A model generated the notes under the pieces. The model ran no database searches. It had not been told where the DNA came from and was given only the letters and a program-made list of their open reading frames with translations. DNA of 64,000 nucleotides from Phoronis australis (taxonomy: Eukaryota; Animalia; Phoronida), in NCBI GenBank assembly GCA_002633005.1, contig NMRA01000155.1:427844-491843 (forward strand). Reading direction: 5' to 3'. How positions within the stretch are numbered: the stretch's first letter is position 1; every line of letters starts with the position of its first letter. Shown here piece by piece: positions 11,660-25,149 of this stretch. The translations under genes were made by a program, and so were the position numbers.

Positions 11660-14600
11660 ACTGGATAAGATTGTTTGTTGCATGACGTTAGGTGCATTGT
11701 TCAAAAATAACAACATGGCGTGTGATAATGCAACGTCATTTTTGTTATGCGGCTTATGGCTTTTATGCAACTAGGCCCGGGTATTTTCGCAAGTTATTTG
11801 TATAGATTCTGAATTTCCGTTGATATCAAAGCATTTTTCCAAAAAGCTTCAAATTTCAAAACACGATCTGTCAACTGCTCTTCACTTCATCGATTTTTCT
11901 CCTACACGGCACTTCTCCTTATTTAGACGAGTATGGCAAGACATATATGTAACATATTTCCCTAATTTGGAGAATGGGACCTTTGATATAAACAAAACAG
12001 TGGCGATTTCAAGCACTCTCATTGGAAATAATTCGTCATTTTCCGCACGACATTATATTGTATATATAGATATTACATTGCATAGACTCCGCATATGAAT
12101 CCTATCAGTCATTTCTCACATGTGATACTTCGAAGACAATGGCCAAATTTGGACATTTTCTCTGGTTTCCTAAGCGTTCCATCCAAGACGCGAACTTTTG
12201 ACATACACTACTTACCGCTGTAAAAATTGGTCTTAATAAGTTCTTAACTCCGTTTTCTTATCATGATAGAGTTCTATTTCCATTACCACGCTTCAGAGTT
12301 GATTGGGGTTGGCTGACCCTAAAATGTCAGGTATTAATTACCAGGCTCATTCGATACACGTCGTCATTTTCCGTACAATGTCTGTACATATCAGGTACTT
12401 AAGCACACGATAACGTCACACGGAAATGGACAAACTTTGTATTGAATGACCTTGGACATTTTCAGTTCATTTCACCTGTACTTTCTTCATTCATTCTTTA
12501 TCACTCAACATGAACCTTGTACTGCCGGTAGGAAGGACCGACACAGAACTGGGTAGAACGCCGGGTTAGAAATGGCCGGGGATGGGTGGTCTTTATTGAT
12601 GAAAATACACACCCAAATGTGCAGAATGGACGTGAAATCTAAAGGACTGTTCTAGGTCCTGAAAAACGCGCCATAGCAGCTTTAATGGTTAGTGTATGTC
12701 ACCCACATCTGTCGTCTAAGACTATGCCTAGTATGGCCAATCTCAACGAGGATTGATTTTTGAAGAGCTCAAGAATGAGATAGTCCGCCCACGATTTTGT
12801 GCAGACATTACGTACAACGCTAGGCTTCACGTCCTTCTCTATAACAGAGGGACATTGTCGATTTTACAGCCCAAATACGCGCATGGCATTACTGTTCGAT
12901 GTGATTCAGAGAACGACCTCATGAAATTCATTACGGCGTTTTCCCGCTGCTCCCAACTTGTTCTATTTTAGCCCAACAACAAGTTGGGAATTTTACCCCT
13001 GTAGCCAATATCATACAGGACTGATTAACTCCATTGTGGCATTTATGGTTGGAAGCCAGCTCTCTTTTGTTCGATAATTGCTCTAATCTCCAATAAGATC
13101 GTATCTACCCTGACTGGGCTGTGCTGTTAAAAATAAAAGTTAAGTTATAACATATTTGAACATAAACCAATAGCATTTCTGAAATCTTCCTCAAATGGTG
13201 ATCATGTTTAGTTTTTGCCAATCGCTAAAATCGCCCAACTGCAACCGAAGTTACGACAATCTATTCTTTCTGAATACACCAATTCACTCTGGGTTTGACT
13301 GTGTTCACGCCTGCTCTGAAATAAGCCTAGTAGATAATTGGCCTGCTTGTTGTCATAACAGACAAAAGTCTGTGCTTGGCAGAGCAAAGAAACTATGTCA
13401 TCACACGCTCATCACCTCCTACGTCTGGTTAAGTCACTGAACGGGAAAACGCTGTCATGTATTAGCTTTGAACAAAGCTATAAAACAACACAATCGGTGG
13501 GTTTTTGTGATTTTTTCATTATGCCGTCAGACTATCACGTTAAAATCCAGCATGTGGCTCACTTTTAAAAAAATCCACCATGTATCGAGCGCATCAGTGG
13601 TTAGTTCCACTCGCAGGAGAAGCGTTACTGACCGGTGGCCGGTGAAAAAATGACACATGCGTCATTTTTTACTCACTATTAAAAATGACCCCCGGGTCAC
13701 TTTGCAACATTAAAAAAGGCCCTGGTCGCTTTTTTTATTAATGCAGTTCAAATTTAATGTGAATTAATGTGAAAAAAATTACTCCATAAGTGATAGTTTT
13801 TTAAGGTTAAAAAGCAAAGAACACAGTCTTCCTTTCCTGTGCGTTGCTCGGGATTGCTCTGCGTTTTGTTGTGTCCTGCGCCGGCACAACGTGTAATTAG
13901 TGCTCGCAAAGGGATCAGCCCCGCTCCCACCGGCGGCATTATTTCAAACCGTAGGCCGCGGCCTACCTCTCCTTCATGCCACTACCCTCATTAATTTGAT
14001 CTACCGCACACCGCTCAGCCAAGAAATTTAAAAATTTTTTGTCTCATGCAGCATGACCTTCTCACGGCCGACTCAAATTTCCTCAGTGATCCAACTGAGG
14101 CAGTATCAGAGTTATCGCTACTCAGTCACGCGGGCCGGGCATGAAAAGTTCTTTGCTCGCAAACACTGAGACCAGCCCAGCCCCCACACATCCTATTCCT
14201 GGCCTGCACGCCGTTACTTTCTCTGTCTATAATTGCATATACTGAAGAAGAAAGGTATCTGAGATTTCTCTTGCCGCCAGCCTCGGCGGAGCCAGAATTT
14301 TTTAAAAGGAATTAATTAGGGCCCCCGGAATTAAGTCAACAATTTGAAAATTCTAGATTTGATTAATTCAAGGAAAAAGGTGGGGTTCAGGACCCTCTTC
14401 ACCCCCTAAATCCACCTGTGGCCGCGCGCCACTCAGGCGACCATAAAATTTATCACTCCGCACGCACGTTATTCCCAGGCCTTCTCACTCAACATGCGGA
14501 TATGCAAATCACATCCGCACCGCGCTGTTGATTATGATAATTGCGTCTCGGGAGACATTAGATCTCCGTCAGTAGCCTGACATGGGAATTAATTCATCAG

Positions 14601-14843
14601 ACGGCATATTTCTCCATCACACAGGTGACCAACTCCCGGGGACCAGCTAACTTGGCGAGGCCAATAGCCCCCCCCCCCCACCACTGACCCGGCCCCAACA
14701 GGATCCACTAGTAGGCCTATCCCTACCAATATTGTGCCGGGTATCGGAGCCATTGAGTGACAGGACAAGTTTTCAGGGACGACGGTGGGGTCATTTTTCA
14801 TGGATTGACAATTCTTTGCATTACATTTAGAATCGGTGTACCC

Positions 14844-15231
14844 GTGATAATTTTTAATATTCACATCGGCTGGGAGGCTGGCCGCTACGGCGGCTAAGGA
14901 AAGTAGAATTTCCGTTTATTATAATTTCTCGCCCACCTTCGCAATAGCTGACTACGCAAATTCCATGAACTAATATTAGGCAACTTTTCACTCTTCAGTG
15001 ATATTCCCATAAAACGCAACATTTGGTATTAGCGNCCGCCGTGATCATTTTTAATATTCACATCGGCTGGGAGGCTGGCCGCTACGGCGGCTAAGGAAAG
15101 TAGAATTTCCGTTTATTATAATTTCTCGCCCACCTTCGCAATAGCTGACTACGCAAATTCCATGAACTAATATTAGGCAACTTTTCACTCTTCAGTGATA
15201 TTCCCATAAAACGCAACATTTGGTATTAGCG
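14844..15231. repeat. About 190-bp near-identical tandem duplication around an N (probable assembly overlap artefact)
   Basis: 14844-15034 and 15041-15231 are essentially identical; N at 15035. Confidence 0.85.
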
Positions 15232-15679
15232 ATTGGGCTTAAATGCTGAAGTTTACGGTACACCGCTTCTTTAGTCTTAGGAGGTAACATAATGTAATAA
15301 TTCCGGAAACGAGTTGTCAAGCGGTCAGCAGTCGTAAGTGCGTCTTCGAGACCTTTTCACATTATTGTGTACTTCCATTATGAGCCCTGTGTTATTTCTG
15401 TGAAAGTTTTCACTGTGGAATAAAACATATTTTCTGGGCTAGCTTTCAAACTGTGTCATCTAAAAGAAAACCGATCTTGAGACGAAAATTTTACAGACGA
15501 TTTTTTATTTTTAGGAGGCACAGAACAGTTCTCACTGCCCTGCCCCTCTCCGATTCTCAGTCTCAGTCTTATTCCTGAGTGAGGTTTTTTGCCTGACAGT
15601 AGTAGGCAATGAGTCCCCGTCATAATTTGAACACATTTGTTCTGACACACCCATCTAAATCACTCGTCAAGCAGCAATT

Positions 15680-15750
15680 GCCTCTTGACTTAATGGTTTG
15701 GATGCTCGACTATCTCGCAGGCAACCCCGGTTCGAGTCTTAGCATTGGCA
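15680..15750 (+). mobile_element. tRNA-derived SINE head or tRNA pseudogene remnant
   Basis: A-box-like TGACTTAATGG and B-box GGTTCGAGTC at tRNA-like spacing with GCC...GGC ends; the cloverleaf stems are not intact. Confidence 0.45.
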
Positions 15751-17100
15751 AAAATTTCTACATTGCCATTGGCGCACATTTAAGGCGCATCTGCTGAACG
15801 GTGGATGTAATGATTGATCGAGAACACGAGGAGAGCGGGCGGCGCGCCGGGGCTGTAAGAGCATATCCAGGACACTAGATATAGTATATAGTATCGCTAA
15901 GGATAACTTCAAGGTTTCTAGTGCATTGCTGACTGCAGCCAGGAGGCATGCCTGTTCTGCGCAAGGGGAAAGACTTCTGTGCATTACATCGTTCTTTCGT
16001 TCAGTAAAAAAGTTTTCCAGACGTGAGGGGTTCTGGACGTGCGATAACATCTGGCTCTTTTGTTAACTGCCCAGCTCAGTCTTTTTCCTATATGATAACA
16101 AGCAGGCCAATTATCTCCCAAGCTTCAAAGGAAACGTATGGTGGTTGCACGCTATACCGAACGCGTATGAACACAGTCAAACCCTGTGCATCTGTTTGGA
16201 CAGAATAGATTGTCTTAACTTCTGTTCTAGTTGGGCGGTTTTGGTGATTCAAAAACGAAACATGAACTGCATTTGACAAGGAATTCAGAAATGCTATTGG
16301 TTTAAGCTCAAATATGTTATAATTTAACTTTCATTTTTTGAAGTATTATCTGGCCGGTTAGAGGCGATAATGAAGACACCAGGTTTAGAACAGTAGGTTT
16401 ATATTTGAAGACTAAGTACCGAGAGAACTACTTCATTCATAGCAATATATGACTACGCTACATAGTAATACGATACTACAACATTTTTATCAGCCCAGCC
16501 CAGTTAGTCTAGTTACAATCTGATCGGAGGTTAGAGCAATTATCAAACAAAAGAGCACAGGCCCTCCAAGCATAAATGCCAGAATGGAGTTAATCAGTTG
16601 TGTAAGATATTGACTACGGGGGTAAACTACCCAACTTGTTGTTGGGCTATAGAATCAAACAAGTTAGGAGCAACGGGATGTCGCCGTCATGGACACATGA
16701 CTTCCGGGTGTCATTTTTACAGCCGTATAAAGCCACTCTAAATTGCTTGCTAAGTGGCAATTGCCTCTTAGCTGAATGTCTATGACATGGCCAACCATTA
16801 AAAATACATGGGGATAAAATAACAAGGCAATAAGGAGTGTTGTTGTTTCTCACCGGCTGTTAAGCAAGGAGCTATGTTTTACCTTGCCTAGCAGAACACA
16901 CTCAACACACTTGTCGCCTTTTCTTTAATCTGTTGAAAACTGCATACAATGAATGTAAAGTTTGAGCCCTACAGATGAGCACAGAAACTTTATTGTCTCT
17001 CGTTGTAGCATAATGTTACTAAGTAAAATCCTTTTTCATTTCAGTTGAAAAGTCTCAAGTACAAGAATGAAGAAGTATTGGGGACTCTAAGATTGACGAC

Positions 17101-20100
17101 ATGAAAATAAATATTCTCAACCACCAGTCAGGGGAGACAATCAGCTATGCGCTGCCAATTTTCATTGGTCATCTGGAGCCACTAGTACCATCCACCTTCA
17201 TTGCAATCTGGGTTGGTGACGCCAAGAAAAAACTGCTTTGGCCTGTCACAAATGGGAAATTTCGTGCATTAGTACGACTTCGTGAAGGCATCAATAAAGT
17301 GTTCTTCAAATGTAAAGATTCATGCCACGACTTAATACTATCATATGAAAATCCAAATGCTTGTAAGATTGTTCGACCAGTATTGATAAAGTGTTGTGAT
17401 GATGGTGGATTTATACAAGCACCGTCGTGGGAAAACAGTGGTCCAGAGTCTGCCCAGAGAAGAATTGCTTTAGGTGCACAGCTTTTGCAAACATTCACTG
17501 CTGAGAAACTTCATGATGATGGTTTAGGTCGCCACACGTTTCAGTTGGAAACAAATTCTGATGGAGAGCCACTGTGTCATATTTTTACCTCATGCTTAAA
17601 GCTTGAGGAAGCTGTCGTAAAAGATGGTGGCGAACTCTGGTGCCAGTTTGCCAAGGAGCTTGTGGAGAGTGAACAGTTCAAAGATGGCCGTGACTGCAAG
17701 TTTCTGGCATTTATGTCCTTTACGAGGTACAATTACACAGGGCCTCGTGAAAATCTACCTCAGAATTGGAGTGATTCACTGACACATACTGTTGGACACA
17801 CAGCTCTGGGTGAGTTCATTCAGATGAAAGCAAACTGCTCAGGCTCAAAAGGGGACTGTGAAGCAATGTTCGATATCCGATTTAATGGCTGTTGTTCATG
17901 CCAAAACATAAAAAGAAGTCACGAGACTGTTAGTTTTTGTGTTGGTGTGTTTGCAAGAGCATTCACATTTTGGTGGTTGATCCCACGTTCTTCATGTGCT
18001 GTAGAATGGATGGCAATAATGAATATTCGCTGAGCTTTTTAACTTCAGTCACTGGGCACTAGTCTCATCTAACTTGCCTGAAGTTTCTGAACCAGTTTGA
18101 TGCCCGTTATTCAGTGGAAAAACTGGTAATCAAACTGCTGGCATCTTATATCAGAGTATTACCCAATCGTATAATGCGCGTCCTCAGTGGATGAAATTGT
18201 GCTGCGCTCCATAGGCCCAAAATTTTTCAAAGCATTGTTGGAACAGAATTTGAATATAAAGCATGACAATGAAAAAGTGATAAAAAGTATCACTTGTCTT
18301 ACAAATGTTGCCCTGAATAGGTGAGATTTTCCCCTAATAACTTCGTGTGTTACTGCATTATGGATCCTTTTTGTGAATGCCTGTTATATCGTTAAAACTT
18401 GTTTCAACATCTGGTCAAAACCTGGTCAGAAGGCCAAGTGCAGTTGAATTGTAGTGCTTTGGATCTTTCCCCTAGGTGGGGGTGACTTGGCATTGTTTGG
18501 AACTGGCAGCTTGCACACATGGGCTGAGCGATTGGAAGATGTCACCAGGCGCTTCACAGACACTCGTAAGATTGACCCGATGAAGTTCCTGGATGATAGT
18601 GCCTACAGGTCAGTGTTGATTTGATGGTACTTCTCTCGATCAGAATAATGATTGTACGTTTTATACCTAAGAGATTTTATAGAAATTTGTATGCCTTGTG
18701 TTTAGTCATAATCTACTTGTTGACTGTCGCGCATTAGAGTTTTATTAACATGCCATATGGAGTCATGATGATATGGCGGGAAGAATTCTGTGCTGGCATT
18801 TAGGACAGTTGAGAAAAATAATCTGGACAAAACCTTCCATGCTGCACTTACGCAGTCAGCATGGCTTTGGTCTGCTCACTAATCTGGTCTATTTGAGCAT
18901 GCTAACTTTTAAATTGGTATCGTGTTGAATTTAGACTGGTCTAAATCACCCTTTGCATTGGGTTTGAAATTCTATGGTCGAAAAAGAATGCTAGTCCTCT
19001 TTCTAAGTCCATGGTGTGAAAGGCCTATTTGGCTGTCGTGTGTTTTCAAGACAAATTATAAATACCTGGTGGAGTCATAATGTTAGGCTTTTATTGACAC
19101 GCAGGTTGTTGCGGTTAATAAAGATGGTCATCCACTGTGAATACCTTGTGAGGTCTCATTCTGTTGCAGTGGCTCATTCAGATTTATGTATATGACAGAA
19201 ATGCTGCGTCGCTTTTGCAATCACCTGCCTTCGTCAATCGGAAGTTTATCAGAAAATAGTCACTTGTCCTGTGATATATCTTTTTCTGAAATGTAGTTTT
19301 TACATTTCTTTTCTGCTGCAATAATGAATCATAATTTTTTACCTTCATCTCTGCCTTCTCAGATGCACAGTAAGTTTTCAAATGAAAAGTGTCTGGGTTC
19401 GTCAAACGTATAGTGAAAACCATGTAAAAAAGCAAGCCAAAAATAACAATAACATCTGTGGGAATTCAGTTAGGTACGGAAATGTTTCTGCCAAATTCTG
19501 CCGTTTTTTTATGAGAAAAAATCTCGTCAGCTTCTTTGAAGCTTCTGATGTTGTTTTGAGTCCCCATAATTTCTGTAAATTCTAATGATTGTCTGATTTT
19601 TAAAAATTACAAAATATTTCTTCGGTGTTACTTATCTTATTATAAGGAGAAAGGAAAAATTAAAATTTCATTTGTGGGCCATACTATTCCTTAATTGGTG
19701 GGATTTTAGTGTGTATCTAATGTTCACCACAGATATAGTAGTACAGTAACCGTACTTTATATTAGACCAAGTTTGCACGCAATATTTTTATTGTCTAATT
19801 TTCCTGTTTTATCTTAGTTTCCCGTTGCACATTTTGGACTCTGAAAGTACACGTAGTTTCGCTTTAGTGATATTGGTTCGTGTTCATCATTATTTTGATT
19901 GCCAACTTTATTCACCGCAGACAGTTCCACTGGGCGAATTATGCCACAGGCCTCGGGGCATCCCTGCATGAATTAGGTCATGCATTTAACCTGGCACACA
20001 CAAGCTCGGGGATTATGGCTAGGGGATTTGACGACATGAATAAGTTCTTCACTGTTTGGGAAACACCCTGTGAGAAGAAACGTAAGGACCACAATGATTC

Positions 20101-23100
20101 AACCATCACTAGAGTAAGTGGCATGAGATTATTTTCTCTTCGACATTGCCAACATCCTGATGAAGTTAATCATCATATTTTCTGTTGGAATTCTATAAAA
20201 ATTTATCTATGACTCCAAGTTTGTTGCCTATAGAGTTCTCAGACTCTTTCTGTCAGACTATTAACAGCATAAAATATACACTAATCTCGCTCAGTCATGT
20301 TTTGTGACGAGTCACCGAGGCGGCATGACAGTTGCTGGGAAATCAGAGTGTTATTATTATTGTTAGTGGTGGTGGTAGTGGTTGTGGTTGTGGTAGTGAT
20401 GGTGTTATTAATAAGTGACTGTTGCAATTTCAGTCTTTAAAATGATCATGGTTCTTTCATGACTTTTATTGTCTCACTTCAAAGCAATTTAGTGTTAGAA
20501 AAAGATGAAGTTTCCTATTAATGTAGCTCGGAAACAATATTAGAATTTTCCATAAGTTTAGAGTAATTAATCAGTAGTTAAGTGGGGCCTTAAAAAAATG
20601 CCCAAATGTGGCTAAGTTCAGAACATCTTGTGTCAGATGGAGCTGATTGGATTCACATGAAGCTTTCAGATTGTTGATAGAACGTTCCATTTACATGAAG
20701 GGCTATCAAAAATAAGGACTTGTAATTTGTAAACCATTGCTTTTGAGATCTCAACTTCATTGTATCAAAAATTGGCCATGTTATTGATACCATTGTTTTT
20801 TTCTGTGAATACACTAATTTCTTGTGTGCTTAATTTTACTAAAAAGAAATGGTCAGGTGACCCAGTCTGTGAAAAAAAGTAAAAACTTTTAATTTTACAT
20901 GCTTCCTACTGGTTTAGACCTGTCAATAAGGTTTCACTTGAGAGGAAAACATATTATGTTACACATTCCTTGATTTGGTATATACTTTCAACTCACGTAT
21001 TTAAACTAGATTAACCCTGTAGACTTAAATATCTCAAAATACTCATTTGACCCAAAATTACTCACATGACCACCGGTCTCTGTGACTTTAAGGAAAGAAG
21101 TTTATGCTGTATTTCTGCCTGTTTCTCTATTCTCATTTAGTTGCAAGATTTTCAAAACTGCAGTCAGTTTTATTCTTTGGCCTATCTGTGTTATTGATTT
21201 TTCTTTATCATTTTAGTACTTAACAGTAAAATTCACAACAAAATGTCAAGGGAGATTTTATTTAAGACTAAATCTGACTCATATGAAGGACCAGTTCATG
21301 AAGCAGAACACCGCATAAAAATAACTTTATAGAGAACTTGAACGGTGTTTTTGAGATTTCACTTGAACATTTGTGTCAAAGGAATTTGGCCATGTTATTG
21401 CCAGACATTGTTTTGCTTTGAATGTGGTGTTCTTTTTGCTACAATCGCAACGTGTTAAAGTAACCCACTTGATGGGAGTTTGGTATAGAGAGTTGAAAAT
21501 ACTTGTCTACAGACTTTACTTTCAGGAAATACACACTTCTTTGCGTTAAAATCAGTTTTGTTGATATTCGTCTAATTACGCAGGTCCTACATGTCCTTGG
21601 TCTTGGCATTTCATGCTAAGTTGTTTTAACATGCATGTGGTTACTAGTATAGCGTATTCATTTGTGTTTCTTTATAGTTTCGCTGTACTACATTATTTCT
21701 TTATGATTTGCGGTGATTTGCTTTTCTCTCAAGCTACCTCCCAAACCGAAAGTGGCCAGTAAACCCCCACCCCTGTTAATTCAGGTGGAGACTGCATTCC
21801 AGCAAAATGTCCGTCACTCTCTGGAAACCATGACTGTATGCAACTACGATGGTACCATTACCAAAGTAACACATGAGGCAGATGGTTCACAGAAAGTTGT
21901 ACTTCTCAACGATTGCAGTGAACCTCCTTCCAGTTTGAATGGTAAGCAAGTGCAAATTGACTTAGTCACCAGGCAGACAGGCGTGTTTCTGTCGATACAA
22001 CTTTTAAGCAGCTGTCATAACTGGATCTTTTAATTTTCAAGATTTTGCTGTAGTCGTCTGAAGGAAAGGCTATGTCACATTGTGGTGCGGAACCACACTG
22101 CGTGTGATAATTTCTGCAACATTTGTAATCTGGGTAGAGTTCAGCAATGCTAGGACCTTGCTAAAGTCTAGCCAAAGACATGTGTTCTCATTTAAAATAC
22201 ACGGCAATGTCTCGCGTAATCACGCAATGTATTGCTTTTTAGAGAGGTCCTAGCATTACTGAACTCTACCCTGGTTAACAAACATCCCGATGTGTAACTC
22301 TTTAGCGCTGTAAGAGCACAAAAGTGACTTTCAAGAGTACAGGTGTGCTAGGCTTGTCATTTTGACAAAGACCAAACACAGTTTCTTTTGCTGGCTTATA
22401 CTTGAATCATTTGAATATCCCTCAGAACAAATAATTTGACGACACGACAACCGTAAAAAATTAATAAATGTGATGTACGTATGTGACAAGTGATGTGAGC
22501 TGTAGGTGAGGATGAATATTGACCACCAAATACTCTGTCACCATCTAGTAACCAGCCTTATTTCATTATGCTGCCGTTAGTGATTTGCGACAACACTTCA
22601 GACAAGCTACAACTAATGTGAAAGCTGATATATTTTAGAAAACAGAAACTTGGCCTACCCGGCCCTTGCTAATATGTAGAGACGGGTGAAGCGCCGTCAG
22701 TTTTCTGACCTGTGTTTAAATGCATGGCATACAAAGTTTAACTTACAAAATGACCAATTTGGAGACAGAGTCTGTTGAACCATAAGTTATACAGCCATTA
22801 AAAGAAACTTTGGCCAGGAGAGAAAGTGGGTAATCTTACAGTGGATGAATGTTTTGGCTATCTTGTGGCCTTAAGTTGCTAACACATTGCCGCTTTATGT
22901 TCTTGAGTCATCACCACTTTGTCCATTTGGGTGTGAGTCATCAACAGATTGCGCCCCCGTGGCTGTGACTCATCAACACATTNGTGGCTGTCACCAACAG
23001 CAGTGTAACAATGATTTGATGACTTATCTCCAACATAGTTGCTTAATAAAAATATCGAGAACAAAATATTCCAAGACAATGAAATTGATTCTGTTGTCTC

Positions 23101-24768
23101 GCTGAAAAATTTTAAAATTACATAAATCTCTGATTTGACAGAAGAATTTTTAAGTCACATTAGCAGGGCAACAGTCGTACGCAAATCTGTCCAGTTGCAG
23201 AGTGCCATCTGATGTTCGCTAGTTCATGCCTATCCTAGTTAACTGCCCGAGTTGCCAGTTCTCAGTGACGATGTCACTCAAAACCAATTCAGAATCAAGT
23301 TTGACTCAGGCATGGTTGCTGATTAATTATTGTCAAATTTTCCATTTCGCACCACTATTCAACTGACACATTATCCTTTATGGCAATGATTTATTGCCCT
23401 CTATTACTGGAAGTCCTCTGAACATTGTCCTTCTGTGGTCGTCAGACGCTGTAGCGTCTGACGACCACAGAAGGACAATGTTTGGTAATGCCCGGGGGTG
23501 ATTTTTTGTGGACGATGCTTCTCTCTCTACTGAAATGTGTGTACCCTAGTACTAAGAAAAGTAAAAATGATGAAACGTAAAATAGAACCTTTTTTGAATT
23601 TAACTACAAATCGCTCACAATTTCAAAAAGTTTCTTCATAGTGATTGGATGCCCCCCAATGTGGATGCCCCCCCACCTTTCTGCACGCTATACGTCAGAC
23701 ATCAGTATGTTGCTCTTTCCACTGTGAAGATTACAGGGGTACAGTTCCAACAAATCCGTTTTGGTGCATGCTTCATATTTGTCCATATAAAAAGAACTAG
23801 GACTAATTAACAATGCTGAGTTGCATAAGACAATTAATTAAAGTGACTGAGTTACTTGATTGTTGTATACAGGTATGTAGGCAGGTGAGGGCTTAAGAGC
23901 TGTGTGTCTTTAATGTTTACATCTTTTTAAATCAGAATTTAAGGCTTTACCTTGGGACTATACCTTTAAAAATGGACTGCTTCCAACCTCTAATAGACTA
24001 ATTAAAACTATTTTCAGCAACTAGACCTCAGGTGCTTGATCTTCAAGAGTCTTCCACATCCCCAGAGGTGCCAGTCTCTCTTACCCCCAAGTCCCCCCCT
24101 GGATTCACCACACCTGCACTCAAATCTCCTCTTCTTGAGATGGATCGACTGCGCAGCAATGAGGGTGACGCCAAATGGCACAGGTCATCCAGTGTTCTGC
24201 TGCGCTTCCACAAGTGAGATCGTTGTTTAGAATTGTTTGCAACAAATTTATACAGGTCTACATCCTGTTTATATTTACTCTGTAGTAATTTTAACTTGCT
24301 TAGTGCGTCAACGAGAAGTGTGCAATATGAAGAAACAGGAGAACATTTTGACAAGAAGTTGCACTTTTTTTTTGTTTACAAAATTTCATGCAGTTGAGCA
24401 TTATCCAGACTTCTGTACTGCTGGCTCTTGTTTTTCTCACCACACTGTTCGTGCACAGTTAATTCATTTATTCTAGATGGTTCAATGCTGTACAAGACGA
24501 TTTTAAGGGTAAACCATCATTTGATGCTGGTGTGTCTAGCTCTCCATGTGGCCTGCGCATTGTGGAAGTACGACATTCAAGTAGTGGTGACGTGGCCCAC
24601 CACTGGGAGTTCCTGCAGCCAGATCCTCCTCAAACCCACAAGCTGTCCAGGTCAAACATCAGTGAGGTTCTAAATGAGGGAGCCACACAGTTTACTGTAG
24701 TGATTGAGGATAACTGCGGGAACATCTTACGGGAAGATAATGTGCCACTCTCTAGTGTTTGTGAATAG
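17101..24768 (+). CDS. Zinc metalloproteinase, YIL108W/C607.06c-like (Metallopep family), 576 aa
   Basis: Exons 17101-17809, 18476-18608, 19921-20113, 21734-21941, 24018-24213, 24477-24768 total 1731 nt, phases match and there is no internal stop. Motifs: WPVTNGKFRALVRLREGIN, LLQTFTAE, GHTALGGGDLALFG..LHTW, ANYATGLGASLHELGHAFNLAH, GIMARGFDD, WHRSS..LLRFHKWF. Confidence 0.9.
22133..22270. mobile_element. Harbinger/PIF-like MITE
   Basis: 26-bp TIRs GGTAGAGTTCAG(C/T)AATGCTAGGACCT with one mismatch, flanked on both sides by CTG (CWG-type 3-bp TSD). Confidence 0.8.
23421..23482. repeat. Perfect 30-bp inverted repeat with 2-nt spacer
   Basis: AACATTGTCCTTCTGTGGTCGTCAGACGCT-GT-AGCGTCTGACGACCACAGAAGGACAATGTT. 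Confidence 0.95.
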
Positions 24769-25149
24769 ACAGGGTGATTATTTACCGTTTCTTTATAGCT
24801 ATTAACAAATACTATGGTGTCCAGTCATTTGCATAATAGTATGATTTTCTACTTCTGATTGATGTTTTAAAAAGTGTAGAAAAATTTGTAGAAGTCATTT
24901 TTACGTATTTTTGGTTTCTTTCAGTTTATGCCATACATGCGTCCATATTTATAATTTTTTTATCCATACGTTACTATTTTCAGATCTTATAATAATACTA
25001 AACGGGATGAATTACAATTATTATAATTATTCTGGTTAAGATTAACTGAAACAGTTTTTAGTATAATAATGTATAGTTTATCATGCAGTTTTTCAATCTT
25101 CCTATTATTGAATTTGCAGATACAGAAATGTTATTTTGTTATAATTGTG

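Larger units (their letters stand above)
12930..16690. repeat. Long diverged inverted repeat (arms about 12930-13280 and 16195-16690) enclosing about 2.9 kb
   Basis: TAGCCCAACAACAAGTTGGG (12969) is the reverse complement of CCCAACTTGTTGTTGGGCTA (ends 16649). Further reverse-complement blocks include CTGATTAACTCCATT, TTATAACATATTTGA..AAACCAATAGCATTTCTGAA and GACAATCTATTCT. The right arm has an extra segment of about 150 bp. Confidence 0.8.

Noticed and set aside
14844-15231. Tandem duplication as a biological event
   Set aside because: Near-identical copies abutting an N indicate an unmerged contig overlap.
12753-16853. Numerous 60-100 aa ORFs from the track, here and inside introns
   Set aside because: No recognisable domains, many have non-ATG starts, and most overlap repeats or are antisense to real exons.
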